The translations under genes and the position numbers were made by a program. The notes beneath the pieces were generated by a model that was not told where the DNA came from, made no database searches, and saw only the letters and a list, made by a program, of their open reading frames with translations. From Bigelowiella natans CCMP2755 (lineage: Eukaryota; Protista; Cercozoa), in the NCBI GenBank assembly GCA_000320545.1, contig ADNK01000497.1, positions 1 to 40,182 of the forward strand: a stretch of 40,182 nt of DNA. The letters are read 5' to 3'. This document shows, in pieces, positions 22,988 through 37,562 of the stretch. The number at the start of each line of letters is the position of its first letter. Position 1 is the stretch's first letter.

Positions 22988-25900
22988 CTAGGCTTCACCC
23001 CGACTGCTTCGACGCCTTTCTAAGGACGGTCTAGGAGGTGGGGGCTTCTGTGGGGCTGTCGGTGGCGCATTTTGTGTTTGTCGATATCCTTTAGTAGTAG
23101 CAGCAGCAGTAGCAGCATTTGTTGGTGTTACCAGTACCCCATCGTCATCGGAGCCGTGTTTATTACTTATACTCTTCCCTAGATTCAAGTACTTCCCTGC
23201 GAGATGTAACATTCTATTCAGAGAACATTCATTCCAATTCGTCAATTTTGGCAAGTAGGGGGGGGGGGGTAATCGCTGATGAGCTGACCTATCTCATCAA
23301 GCACACACGAGGAGATTCCCGCAAGACCAAGATTATTGAGTTCCTGAACAACAAGGCGTTTGGCATAATAAGTTCATCAAAATTTCTTTTTCTCCGTCAC
23401 TTTACTCTCTCACCTTGGAGCATTGTCTACATACGTCACTAGCCACATTAGCATCCACAGGCAAAATCAAGCTAGTAGTAGCATTCGCTCCCATCCCTGG
23501 CGTCACGGTCTCTCGAGTAGGATATGTTGCTGCTGGTTTTCGAGCTATTTCACTTGCCGCATTCTCCTGTTTATCTTCGGGATATATATGTCTTAATCCA
23601 TCTCTTCCTCCCACACCATGATGGCCTCCCTCGTCTTCATCGTTGCAGTAGAAGTAGTGGTGATGTAATGTCGCCGTCATCAACAGCAAGAACGCATCGA
23701 TAATACGATTCTCACTGGCCAGCTGCTCCACAAGCTGCATGTGTGGGATGTGTGCGAAAGAATGGGTTAAAGATGATATCTCAAATTCAGAACGACGATG
23801 CATAGCCACAGCAAAACAATGGCCGATCAGATATAATCACCAACGCCATACGCTAGCAGCAGCTGCAGGAACAAAAAGGGAACATGCTCGCTAGAAAAGA
23901 TATTGATAGATGAATGCTTCTTGCTTCACACACACCATCCCCACCCCACCCCACCTCACCACCTTGTCAAAGCATTGAACAGCAAGTAGAGTGTACCTAA
24001 GTTGCTGCAGCATGAGAAATACAGCAAAGAGCTACATGGAAGAAGAAGAGGAGGAGGGGGAGGATGAGGGTGGTTGTGCGAACAGGGGACTATCTATTCA
24101 TGCCAGAAGTAAGATAATGCTGCAAAGCACCACGATAGTTGTCACTGCGATACTGGTGATCGATCTTGAGGACAGTGTCGCAGAACTAGAACACGCCCGT
24201 TTTCTTCCTGTTTTTCTTCTCTCATCATTGGCCTTTAATGATGCTAGAATAGCAGCAACAATGTGTCTACCACTATCACCCTACCATCACTTCTGCTACA
24301 TAACGACTACTACTACTACTACTACTACTACTTGCATTAGTTGTATTACATAGCTTTCTCGGAGTGGCCCTCCCTCTGCAGCTGCAATCCCCATCGTGTA
24401 AGTATGTTTGCACGATGTTTGCCGGACAGCCGGGAGAACGCCAATGTCGCAGCGTCCTCCCATCGATCCTGTGACTGGGAGAGAAATAGGCAACAATGAC
24501 GACGAAACCAACGATCAGTCATAATTAATGATAGTCCTTCACTCTAGCAGCAGCAGTAAGTAGAGCACCAACACACTACAATAAGATGTGTACATTGTTC
24601 CTACTACCCAACCTGGAGATGCAGACATGCCTCGTAGGCTGCTCCGACGGCTAAGCATAAGCATTGTTGAATGTTTTTATTTTTACTACTAGTATGTGTT
24701 TATGTATTTATGTATGTATGTATGTATGTATGTACGTGGCGAAACAGGTCTAAATGTGATCCAGAACAATCGAAAAAGAAAGGATAAAGAAGACAGGCGA
24801 AATCGAACGTTGGCAGCAAACAACACACACACGCACACACGCACACGCACACACACGTATATTTACTACTACTAAGAAACGACGACAATTAATCCGCTGC
24901 TACTTCGACTACCAATAAAGAAACACGACTACAAACAATACTACCAGACATTAGCTGGACACCGATAGAAAGCTCCCCCCGGCCGACCCGACGGGCTCCC
25001 ACAGCGTACAGCGTGCTGCGAATAAACGCAGGATCTGCCTCCGCCAGACTCCCAGCAAGAGCGCACGCTTGCATCTCCAAGGAGGGGTCTTTAGCCTCGA
25101 GAAGCACCTCTACTGCTCCGTGTATATCTCCTGAGAACACAAGTGACTCTGCAGCCGCGAGAGCAACCGCCCTCGCATCATTCGGAACGCCACTGTGATG
25201 GGATCTGGTGCCTGCCACCATCAGCATGCTCTTCGATGAACGGAGGAACGGCGATGATGATGATGGTGATGATGATGATGATGATGCGCTTTGGTGCTTC
25301 TTTCTCCTAAGACGTCATGCAAGGATGAGGTTCCATCATTGACATGTTATGGAGATGATATGGTGGATGTGATGGAGAAATCACAGCAGCAAACTCACAC
25401 TAGTATCATTGTTCTTAATTGTCACTCAGATTCTACTACTGCTCTGCTGCAAACTCAACTATTATTATTATTCTTAATTGTCACTCAGATTCTACTATTG
25501 CTCTGCTGCTACTTCTTCTTCTTCTACTACTACTGCTACTACTACTGAGAGTACTTGGAGGAGGAGGAGGAGGAGGAGGAGGAGGAGGAGGAGGCGGTCG
25601 CGTCGTTGCTACTGCTATATGTGTTTGTTAAAGCGATGCCTACAAGTGCAAGTGGTGGTCACAGATCACGGATTAGTTCATGGTTAGATTAGGAAGAGTT
25701 GATGATGTGATGATAACCATCATGCTATATAGATATTCTATATGTGCGGCACATCTGTAGGAGTGTGATATATATTATTTTGTCAAATCTGCTGCTGCGG
25801 CGGCGGCAGAGCAGAACAATAGATCCGCACCGTCGTCATCGTTGATGATGCTCATTCCGTAGCACCCCCCCCAAAGCTCCTCCATTCCCTATTATAATCA

Positions 25901-26995
25901 CAATGTTTGATTCATCACTAGAGGGGCAGTATATGGATAATGATGATGACGGTGATAGGGATTAGGATGAGAAGGAGAAAGAGGAGGAGGAAAAGGAGGA
26001 GGCAATGAAATTCACTACCAAGCCTAATTGAGAATTGGATTGGAGAGTCGTCAAGATCTCGTCCATATTTCTCGAAGATGCTACGTTATTTCCACCCTCC
26101 CTTTTCTTTCTTCCCCCCCCCCCCCCCTCCTCCTCCTCGAGTCTTAAATATCAATTTCACCAAGATCGAGCAAGACGCAATCCCATATTCCTATCCTTCT
26201 CTCTCCTGTCCTGCCCTTTCCCCTCGAAGTCCGCTTTGGCAGCATCATTATCATCATCATTTTTGTGATAGTCGCCATCGCTGCTGCCCCCTTCTCCGGT
26301 GTCTCGGAAGATCTGTCGGAACGTGCGAAAAGAGGCGCAAATCGTCTGTTTCAACAACCCCTTACTCTTCGTGGTAGTGTATGATGCTGCCGCCGACGAC
26401 GAAGACGATGGCGAGTGTAATGATCGAGTAGTTCCCGTCTTTGAAATTGTGGTATTCTTCTTCTTCGCACTCTTCTCCAAAAGCGCGCCACCACCCCTCT
26501 CACCCCTGCTGGCTCCGATGTTTGCCAGAGCTAGCATCAAGTACAAGATCTCCTGATCCTTGTGAGGCAGGAGGCAAGGGAGAACTCGTGGGTCTAGAGG
26601 CTGCTGCTGCTTGTTTAGACTTTTCTCACGAAATTGAGTTTCCCTCCAGTTTGCCTTCTCTCCCCTCCTCCCCCTCCTCTTTGTCTCACCCGTGTGTTCT
26701 CTGAGCTTTGCAGCGCAGCTATCTGAAGCGCCATCAGTATTGACAGCATCCTCTCCATCTTTGTCGTCGTCACCATCATGCTCAGCACCATCCTCATTCT
26801 CAGGATAAAGAAGACGGGAGCTGTTTGGCAGATGTAGGCAATACAACACGTCGTTCCGGAGAGACGCGCGGAGAGTGGTCATGGCGCCGTCCAGAAAGCC
26901 TGTTTTCGATTGCGAACAACGGTGGGAATGTACCCGTGGATTTGTGCGAAATGATAGTCATGATAATCAGGATCTACCTGTTCTCTCCAACAATT

Positions 26996-27048
<53 letters not shown>

Positions 27049-27835
27049 TGTACAACCTCTCGGATCACTATGCTCCTTCCTGCCATCAATCGCCATACTG
27101 CCCTCCTCCTCCTCGTCCTTCGCTTGCCCCCCCCTACTCCTCATCACGGCGCTGTCGTGCATAAGCAATCTATGGTCAAACGGAGAATTGAAGAGACTCA
27201 GGGAAACGTCGAGAATTCTGATCCCCGTGCCACCCGTCTCGCAAGCAATGACTTGCGTACCGCTCACACCAAACCATGCAATATGCTGCGATGAGCAACC
27301 GCGGTGATATGCTGCTGTGTAGTTGGGATCTAAAGGAGGGTGGCGGAGCCTATCATCATCGTCATCCTCGCCTAATACCCGGCCTCTATTCTGTTTGTTG
27401 TTGCGCTTGCTGCTACTGCTGCTGCTGCTGCTGTTCCCGGTAGTGGAGGGGGGCAGATTGCTGCTATCAGTGCTGCATCTTCCCATTGAAAGGGCCTTTA
27501 GAAGGGGGTCGGAGTTGGGATTGGCTGAGATCCTACCACCGGTCTCCGCATCATAGATGTCATAGCGACCGCTCGCATCTGTCTTAAGGACGTGATAGAG
27601 ATACGGCGAGGGTGTAAAGGAAAGGTATGTAACAGAAGAAGGGGTTTTCGTCATCCCATCGTTTCTGTGAAATGCCGCTCCATGCTGCTGCCGATGATGA
27701 TGATGATGACGTGTCGATGCAAAGGCTGGCGTTGGTCTGATGACCTTGAATAGCTCACGTGGCACCGCGCCCACCACCTGCACGTCCTAGTGATGGACAC
27801 AGGTATATATATACACATCCATGTTAGTGCGTGCA

Positions 27836-27867
<32 letters not shown>

Positions 27868-28115
27868 TGTGTGTGTATTTGGGTGAGGAGTGTGTATCAC
27901 ATCTCAATGTTCTCTATTTGATGTATTTGATGAATGTGGAAACGTGGTTTGGTAGTCAGTATAGCAAGACGCTGTTACCTTGGGTTTGGCCTGCTTCGGG
28001 CTGCTGCCTCCAGCGACGGAGCGAGGAGGTGTCTTCAGTGTCAGCGTCGATGTTTTCGGAACTAGAATCAATATCTCACCTGACGATGATGATGATAATG
28101 GACGACGACGATGAC

Positions 28116-28149
<34 letters not shown>

Positions 28150-28605
28150 ATGGTCGCAAGCCATGCGTGAAGGCAGTAACGTGTGCTACCATATTGACAA
28201 CGACAAAGGATATAACTTAGAGATAGTAATGTCAAAGCCGAGTAAGGGAGATCATCATGGGTTGTGCAGTGCATATTTCATCGTCGTGGGATTTACTTGC
28301 CTGTTGCTGCACCGAGGGCTATATAGCCATCTTTGGCTGCAATCGACGTGATGAGAGGAGAGCGTCTATTTAACCAGCACCCATATAGCGGCAGTCAACA
28401 ACGACTAATGTCAGAATATTCTCTAGCACTTACACCATGATTATCTCTGCAAGATGGTGAAACCACAGCCAACCTGTCCTGTTCCTGCTTCTTCTTTGTC
28501 TTTCTTCTCGCGAGAAAGCCGAGGCCACGGACGCCATTTGAGATCTTGTCCAAATCGCCTGTTGTTCAAAGCGGCACAGAAGAGGCAGTCGTCGTTGTTG
28601 TTGTT

Positions 28606-28637
<32 letters not shown>

Positions 28638-31600
28638 ATCCATTAAAATCATATGGATGATGAAGAAGGAAGAGTTGACGATGGGTAAGTAGTATATAGA
28701 AGAAGACACTGTGCGGGTGCAACTGAGCGAGCGTGTTTGCGTGTCATATTTGCACACGTGTCGCTTTGAAAGAATAGCCAAATTACAATTTATGGTGAAA
28801 GAGCTTTCTACGAAAGTACCAATCATCCCTTCTTTACACTCAAATAGCCGTGGAAAACTATGAAGTGTCCTGCGTTTTCTTCCCTGAATGACGATGCAAA
28901 GACGATGTGTAAACGTATACTCTTCTTCCTCCATTTATTCAAAGAAGCAAAGGGTGGTAATTTGGCGTCTCAGATGCTACAATTCCCCCCCCCTCTCGCC
29001 TTCCCTCTATTTCTCTCTTCACACACACGCACACATACAGACACAAACACACTTCAGAGGCCTATCAAAGACATCTGAAGAAGACAAGCAACCAGCACTG
29101 CCTCGTTGACCAATATTCTCCTCCTCCTTCTTCTCCTCCTCCTCTTTCTTCTTCTTCTTCCTGCACATACATGCAATGTCCTCTATGTACTACATGCTGT
29201 CGTCGTGTGTTCTCACCCCAATTCCGAGCAGGTGGACAACTCCTTCTTGAGTCACAACGACGAAGAAAGCAAAGTCCAATGGGGGGCTTGAAGTGGAAGA
29301 AGACCCATTCCTCTCACCACCACCACCGTCGGTGACCAGAGGATTAATCGTTGGCTTCTTGAATTTGCTGATATCCTTGTTGTGCTTGTTATCGCATGCT
29401 ACTACTAGTGGTGCTGCTTGTTCTCCCCCCCCCCCCTCGATCTTCTCCTCGCCTTTTGTATGCTTGCTGCCCTGTTGTGACGGCGTCACCGCAACCGCCG
29501 TCATGTCGTCCTTCTTCTTTGCGCTTTTCTAAAAGGCGTGGGAAAAGGGGGGTACAGCAGCAGAGAAATTGTGCGTGTTGGACGCATGCTACATGCTGCA
29601 TATTTGTATGATGTGTATGGAGATGGGTGTCCCTCCTGTATCTACGGTGTTGCGTGTGCGTTTTAAAAAATTGCGTCAAGTTTCATAGTACATCCTGCTT
29701 AGCGCTGTTGCTTGGAGATGGGTTCAGCTTTATCCCCTGATAACGAATAGAAACTTCCGTCTTTGTTGTCGGCATTGTCATCATCATCATTTGTCATCAT
29801 CATCATCATCACTTGTCATCATTTGTCATTGAAGTCGTCTTAGCGGCATGAAAGCAGCCATCTTACCAGCGTGTCTTCGATATCCGCCTCTGTTTTCACC
29901 TCACGACTGTCGGAATAAAGCCAACACAACCACACCACCGGTGAGAGACAGATCATGAGGGGGGGGAGGAGGGGTGTAGTAGAGGGGAGTGTATTGGCAG
30001 TAAAGAAGAAAGAAAAGAAGAAGAAGAAAAGCAGGAAACAGCTAATGACGATGCGGGGTCTTCTTCGACCAAGAGCTTGTTGATCCACCGATAAAAGAAG
30101 AATATCATTATGAATTATATAGTACAATTTAGCTACTACTACTACTACTACTACTGCTGCTACTACAACCTGAATGAGATGAAGGCCCCGGCAACAACAG
30201 GAATTCCGATAGAAAATCGCACACCCTTTGAAATGTCTGTTCGGGCTAAAGCCACCTAGATTAATAGTACAGAAGAAAGAAAGAAATATATATGTAAATG
30301 TAAGTAAAAGAAAGCTGCACAAGTCAGACGATAACAATCAATGACAACGCAGGAAGCGTGTAACTCAAGGAAAAGGGGGAGGGCAGTCGTTATCCTACCA
30401 CCACTACTACACTACTACTACTACTACTACTACTACTACAACTACTAACAAGGTAAGGTGTTAAAGGATGAGCACATAGAGATGTACACTCTTTCGGAGA
30501 AGAGAAGATTTACATAATAACAGCACTCGCAATTTCTATCAAGAATCTTGCTGCAAGCATCGACAACGCCTTGCGGGACAGAAACGATCGGTGCTTTCTC
30601 TACGAGCCCCGTCGGGCTCATTTATATACATATCCGCCAAAAATAAAAACCTGCCCTTTCGCGCTGCCCCCGCCCCCCTCACCCCCTCACCCTCCCCACC
30701 TTAATATCCACGATCTGCGCTGCTAGACCGTCGAATATAAGCAGCAAGTAGCTCCGGGAAGGCGATAAGGTAGCACTACGAATAGGCCCTGCGTCAGTGC
30801 TGTTCTTTACGTATCGCAGCGCTCCGCTTCGGACGTGAAGAAGGCCAAGCCGGTTGCGATAACGGGTGCGGCTGCTGCCAGATTTGCTGAGCGCTGAGAA
30901 GTAGTATTAGGTAAGTGATGCATGTAGCGCAAGGTGGTGGATGATGATGCTATGTGTGCGGGATATATGATGTTGTTGATATCTCCATGCTACTACTACT
31001 ACTACTACGATTGATACGACGACGCTACTATTACTACAACTTATATCACCTTGGGATGTGAAGAAGGTGAGATAGTCCTCGCTTACCCACTCCACGCTAA
31101 TGATCATTGAGGAGGTGATTGAGTTGATTTATTGATTGATGATGACGAAGAGATGGTTATGTCACGATGATGATTCAGTGACGATAGTGATATATAACAA
31201 TGACTCCCACATAAGCGCGCACCCCCGCCCCGCCATTATTCATTCTCTTCCTACTGAGCAGATCGCAGGAAATCACACATCCCCTCACCCCTGCACAGTG
31301 CTGCTGCAATCCAAACTACTCGCTCCCCCAGACGATGATGACGACGATGAGGACGCCGCGGTCTTGCCACTAACACCGAATGAAGACGACGAGGAGGAGG
31401 AGGCGGAGGAAGATGCGTGGGGATGGGGGGAGATGACTTGAAAGCGCTTTATCACCTCCGCTGTCGCCGCTGAGACAATCAGAATCTCGCCTGTTTCAGC
31501 AGTTTCATCAAAAATCAAAGGAACGAATATATGGTCTTCTATCACCAACGTCGTCCGTCCTATCGTATGCAGCTAACATCTCACGAATTCTGCCCAAAAT

Positions 31601-33396
31601 ACGGCTACCGCGCAACAAAGCTTATCATCGGCGTTCATAGCTGTGAGAATCATTCTTCATATTCTGTGCGTGTGCATGTGCATGTGTGTGTGTGTGTGTG
31701 TGAAGAAATCAGTGTATATGTGTACCGCATTTCGTCCCTAACGCAACTCTCATGCTATGGTGCTGCTTCTCCTTCTTCTCCTTGTTGTTTCTCCCCTCCT
31801 TGCTCTTTGTAGTATTTCCGCCGTCATCGCTCCATAGCGACGACAAAAGCCTTGAAGAGAAAGAAGAAGAAGAAGCAGCAGCAGAAGGCGATACGCGCCC
31901 ACCTGCAACTGGCGACAATGGGTGGATGTTCTCCAGCTTTGGGAGGGAGAGCGAGGGAGGGGAGATAGAGGGAGAAGGACAATACGCACGTTTGAGTTCA
32001 TGTGATAAGGCAGCGTATCAGTGCTGCAAATAACTGAATATGCAACGAAATTTATGCTCAAGAGGCTTTTCGCATCGCCTCCACACCATTTGTTCGTATG
32101 CTACCCGAGGACGAGGCCACACAGAATCAAGTATCATCATGATCATGATCATCATCATCGTTGTACGTGTTGTACTGCTGCTGCTGCTACTACTACTACT
32201 ACTACTACCGCTTCACACGGCTCCGAAGCGAGACACGACACAAACCCTGACGCTCCTGAAAGCAGCCAGCAAACCATAATATACAATCAATCATATCATG
32301 AATAAATAAATAAAAGAGCACAATAAATAAAGGTCTATTCGGAACAACTCATGACTGATCATCGTCATCATCATCATCAACCACAACATATTGTCGTCTC
32401 TTCACGTCATAGAATAGCTAGCGACACCTTCTCGAATTCGTTTAAGTTCCCAGCTCCACCCTATATAGTAATAATAATAGCAATAATGATATGTTTACAG
32501 AGGCTTTATATATGGTAGTAGGAGGATAGATGAGGACGAATATTGGAGAGCGTAGATCGTTGCCATTCGTTGTTGATCATATGTGTATGTTGTTGTGCTC
32601 AAGACCTCCACCACCCTCCCATGGAAGAAGACGACATGGTGAAGGAACGTGTCTTCTCATCCTCCTCTTCCTCCTCCGTCGATACTGATTTACATCGCCT
32701 TTCTCTTCTTCGTCTTCATCATCTTCTTCTTCTTCTTCTTCTTGTTCTTCTTCCCCATTTCTTGTTGTTCTTCTTGTTGTTCTTCTTCCCATATCATGCC
32801 AAGTTGCAGCCCACGTCAGCACGTCCCCTTTGCCAGAAACACCTGTGAATTTTTACAACACGTGATCAATAACTCACCTGCTCTCTCGGATTCTCTCTCA
32901 CTCTCACACACGCACACACACCCACACACGCGCAAATAGAGGGGGGGGGGAGAGAGAGAGAGAAACACAAATACTGTACACTAAACATACGAGTAAATGT
33001 CATTTAAACGTACCACGCAACTCTGATGCTAAAAAAAAGTGATCACCTACCGCAAATATCAACGACGATTCGAGATAAAGGCAGAGCGGCACCGACACTA
33101 CCGGGTATTCCGGGTACCCGTGGACGGAGTGATACTCCTATGGAGAATTCTAGGTTTTACAACATGCTACTACTACTACTACTTCCAACCAACAACTGAT
33201 ATAAGAACAGCGGAATGACGATGACGACGACGTTGCATACTATTACTACTACTACTACTACTACTACACGTTCTTGCTACTCCTTCCTACCAGATAAGTC
33301 CCCCAGTGTTGAACGAAGCTGGGGAGATATCAACGGGATGGTTTGCAGCAGACGAATGCGCCATGAAGCCTTCTGCTGCTGCTGCTGCTGATGATG

Positions 33397-33434
<38 letters not shown>

Positions 33435-34151
33435 TTCTTTAAGTATATTGTATGCAGGCTACCTTTTTTGCGTTGTCGATCTTGGAGACTCCCCACAGCG
33501 TCACGTATGGCAGCGTGTGAAATGTCGCGAATATACGTCTGTAGGGCTCTACTGCCTTCGATAACCAAACGATTTAGGGACGTAGTAAGCAGTGAGTGAG
33601 AGGGAGGAGAAAAGAATTGGTATGTGTTGTGTGTGTTGTATGTGCGTGTGTATGGGTCCAACCTGTGCGTCGGTGATGTTTCCGTGTGTGCGAATATTCT
33701 GTGGAAGAAGCTGCGAAGACGCTAGCGTCCTGTTACTGTTGGCATCGAAGAGGCAGATACGCCTCGAATAGAATAGTGCCACGCACCTGTGAACAACAAT
33801 AACAACGACAACAAACAACAATAAAAGCAATGCTGATGGTAATTTGTGTTATTGTGCTGGCATCGTTTGTTGTTGTTGTTGTTGTTGTTACCCTTCTTCA
33901 AAGGGACAAAAGAAAGCTTTGATAAGTTCTTGATTAGCCTGAGATGGAGATGCATCCTTTGCCGAAACAGTGGTGGCTGATGATGTATTTCTGGCCTTGG
34001 AATCTTCTCTCCCACCACCACTTCCTACTCCTCCTCCTCCTCGTCCTCCTCCATGGGTCGTTGCACTGAGAGCAAGGATACGATTGCGTATGATATCGTG
34101 CGTTAGTAGCTTGATGACTATGTACATAAAGTAAAAGTACTCGGGTAATAT

Positions 34152-34190
<39 letters not shown>

Positions 34191-36525
34191 GTACACAATC
34201 TTTTCTTTTGCCTATCATATTGCTGTCCACCACCTCATTCGTATCCGAAACTTCGAGTCGATGTTCTGAGGACAATGATGACGATTACGCATTTTTCTTG
34301 TCAATTAGATGGTGATGATGATGATGATGATGATGATACAGGTTATTCGTTGCAATGATCAATGCGCTGATATCATGTTCCATCAGCAGCACCTCGAATT
34401 AATAGCACGGATGCTGCATAGGTATAATCACCGGTTGGTTTGAATTGTCCTCTTTCTTACTATCCTTTGCCAAGGAGGAGGAGGAGGAGGAGGAAGCTTT
34501 TATTTGTGCCCCCCCCTTCGTCGTTCCCGTCGCAGCAGTGCTCATGATGTGCACCCAACTACGAATAATAAGAATAATAATAGACATCGATCATTAGGAT
34601 TTTGATTAAGAGATGAAAGGTTAGTGGAGGTGGATGGTGGTGATGAGAGGAAGTAGAGAAAGACAAGCCTCCCAAACTACTAACTTAGTGTGTTTTTAGC
34701 CGAGTTGCTTCGATGATTCTCTCCCATCCTTCGCCTCCCCCCCCTCCCTCCCTCTTCCCAACTGCTACATACAGAACGCAGAAGAGGTTTCTGAGCCACT
34801 TGCTACATCTAGAAGGTACCCATTCTTGTTCGCCACACAGAGACGGTAGTGGTGCTTCCCAAATGCCTCAAAACCCACGCTGCACAATCCCCTACGGCAT
34901 AATTACCATCCAGTAGGCAAAGATGAAGAAAGATGCATGAGATCATGTTGATAATGTGGTTGTGGTGAGGTTATCCCTCCTCCTCCTCCTCCTCCTTCTA
35001 CAACTATGTGCGATCAGACATTGAGAGGGTGCTAGCCCAGAGGAGAGATGCTCGTCGGATCAACGAAGAGGAGGAATGATGACCGCGTTTCCTGGACAAG
35101 AAAAGGGAACAGAAGAAGGAGAAGAAGAAGAAGCAGCAGCAGCGTGTGGTGTCAGTCAGAAGTGCAGGAAGGTTGATGATCTAGTAATAAAGTAAGGAAT
35201 CAAGAGTAACCAACGACTAAATCTGAAACAACAAACGAAGCACGAAAAGATGGCAAGAAGAAATGGAGAATCCATGCCCTCCTCTCTACGACTGGCCATT
35301 GTCCTCTTCCCCTTTCACTCCTTCCGTTTGATTCGAAATCGATGATGATGCGTGTATGTATGTATGTATGTATGTATGTATGTACAATGGGGGAATTTTT
35401 GATGGGAAATACTACTAAACATACACACCACACATATGGCATTCATCACAATCCGGAAAAGGAGGCATATGATTGCTACTTCTCACCTCTTCTGTTGCTG
35501 CCTGCTCACTGTTCTTCCGCCATTCTTGGAGTCGGAGCGGTCGCCCCCCCCTCCTTTCTCCTCCTTCTCATTGCCAGAGTTGTTGTTGTTGAGCGCCCAA
35601 AAGGCGACCACGCCGTCGTCGTATATGGCAATGAGACGATCATGATATTTTGGGTGCCATTCGATACCCGACACCGCCAGACTCACTGAGCGATATGATG
35701 CGATGATGATTGTATAAGTTCATTGTTTTTCTCGGTGATTTGTAGTAGCATATACTAATAATACCAAAAAAACATTCGCTGTGATGCCTATCTCTCGAAG
35801 GAAGAAGAACATTTTTTACTATCATCTCTTCCTTCTCCTCTTACTGCTATGGGAATAGTGCGATGATGCCAGCTTCTTTCTCTACGCAATACCAGGTCTA
35901 CTACCGTCTCGTGTCGCCGTGCTCAACTTGTCCCTCCTTTGCTGGTGCTGCCGTGAAAAAAGGCCTGATCGAAGAAGCAGGAAGGAAGAGGAGGAGCACA
36001 GTATCTACTTCAAACAAGTGCTGCTTTATCGATGCATGGAATCAATTTTCTGTCTTTCCTCCTTCTCGTCCTCGTCGTTAACTAGTTTTCGTCTGCTCCT
36101 CTTCCTCCTCCTCCTTATCCGCTTTCTCATTATTCTCTAATTCTTCTTATACCTAGCCCAGTTGAACTTAGAAGCATATTGAGAGGCCTAGAGGTCATCC
36201 TTCCACCACTGCCACCGCCTCCTTCACAAAGAACAAGAAAGCAGTAGATCGCTATCAGTGATGTGGTGAGAGAATGATACCTGGAGTAGCTCAGACTGTT
36301 CCGTTATACTTAGTGACTACCTGTGTCAGCCTCCCCACCCGCCCTCGTATCGAGAGAGCTGTCGATGTTTCTAGGAGGGGGGATATGAATGATGGGCTCT
36401 CCTTCGGAAAGGTCCCAGACTAGGATTGTGCCCTTCGCAGCAGCACCAGCAGGTAAAACGAATGAAAGAAAGAAAGAAGATGACGATCGAGGCTGATAAT
36501 GATCGGGCACTAAAATACACACACA

Positions 36526-36588
<63 letters not shown>

Positions 36589-37562
36589 GCACTCGTGAGG
36601 CCACGACTTTGGGTCACCAGTTACATATATTACATTTGCATCTCCGGATGCCAGACTTGGTACGCTTATTCTGCCGGTGTCTCCTGTCTCGAGCACAACA
36701 CGAGAAGGTGTGAACCGCGTCTGCACCATCAATCCGCAGAAGCACAGATGTAATAGATCAGAATCATATGCAAACTGAGCGAAAACTGGTGTGGGGAAAA
36801 TACAACTCACATGACAGATATAACGATGATGCTATTGCTGCTATTGCTGCTACTACTGCTGCTGATATTATGTTTGAGATGATGGAGAGATGGAAACCTT
36901 AGTGACAGGATGAAGGTGTCCATCGAGAGATTGAATCTGGATTTAGAAGAAGAATGTCAGCTTGATGAAATGACGTCGCAGCACAGCTCTTAACGACATG
37001 CAGGTTGCTAGTTCAAGCAAGGAACGCATGTAGTGCTTTTAAAGAAGGAGTAGGGAACCCACATCGGACAAAACGAGCGCATCTATCTCTCTATCTATCT
37101 ATCGATAGCACGCGTAGTACAATTCTGATGCGCCTCTTGACTGGGAGGGGGACAAAAGGGGGCTCTATCTCTTCGTCCTCTTCCTCTTTATGTGTAGTAG
37201 AAATGGAGGTAGCATTGGAATCTCCTGGATCTAGCACGATGACACTCTGGCCACACCTTGAAGAAGGACAAGCACGTGAAACGGAGGCCTTGACAGCAAA
37301 ACCGTGCCTACTGCTGCTGCTGCTGCTGCTGCCGCTGCCGCTGCCGCTGCTGCTGCTGCAATAATGGAAAGCAATTCGATGCACGAACTTACCCATAGGA
37401 GAAGAGACCTTGCCGTCCCCAATCGGTAGAGCCAGCATTTTCTTCGTACGGTCGTCCGGGTATCACCTTGAAGCACAAACACACATTATGAATGTGTTCT
37501 CGCCGTTAGTAGAATTGCATTGGCACAGGATGGTTGACCTGCAAGGGACATCGGCCGTGCAT
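22988..37562 (-). CDS. WDR11: WD repeat-containing protein 11 (WDR11) homologue, many exons, about 14.6 kb
   Basis: The spliced N-terminus MHGRCPLQ|VIPGRPYEENAGSTDWGRQGLFSYG|CGQSVIVLDP resembles WDR11 'AVDWGWQGLIAYGCHSLVVVID'. Further matches: SLASGDAN|GTILVWD, IEWHPKYHDRLIAIY, GIRILDVSL, and SGDIHGAVEVLLE...GELSIGVQLMS|AVGAAYEACLHLQ. In-frame stops precede the ATG at 37562. The last exon ends RGEA*. Some internal exons were not fully resolved. Confidence 0.88.
25386..25509. repeat. About 59-60 bp tandem duplication in a WDR11 intron
   Basis: TTCTTAATTGTCACTCAGATTCTACTA(C/T)TGCTCTGCTGC occurs at 25412 and again at 25471. Confidence 0.9.
28080..28300 (-). other. GC-AG intron in WDR11
   Basis: Donor CAG|GCAAGT joins YIALGAAT-G to EILILVP. 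Using the GT 4 nt downstream with the same acceptor gives an immediate TGA. Confidence 0.75.
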
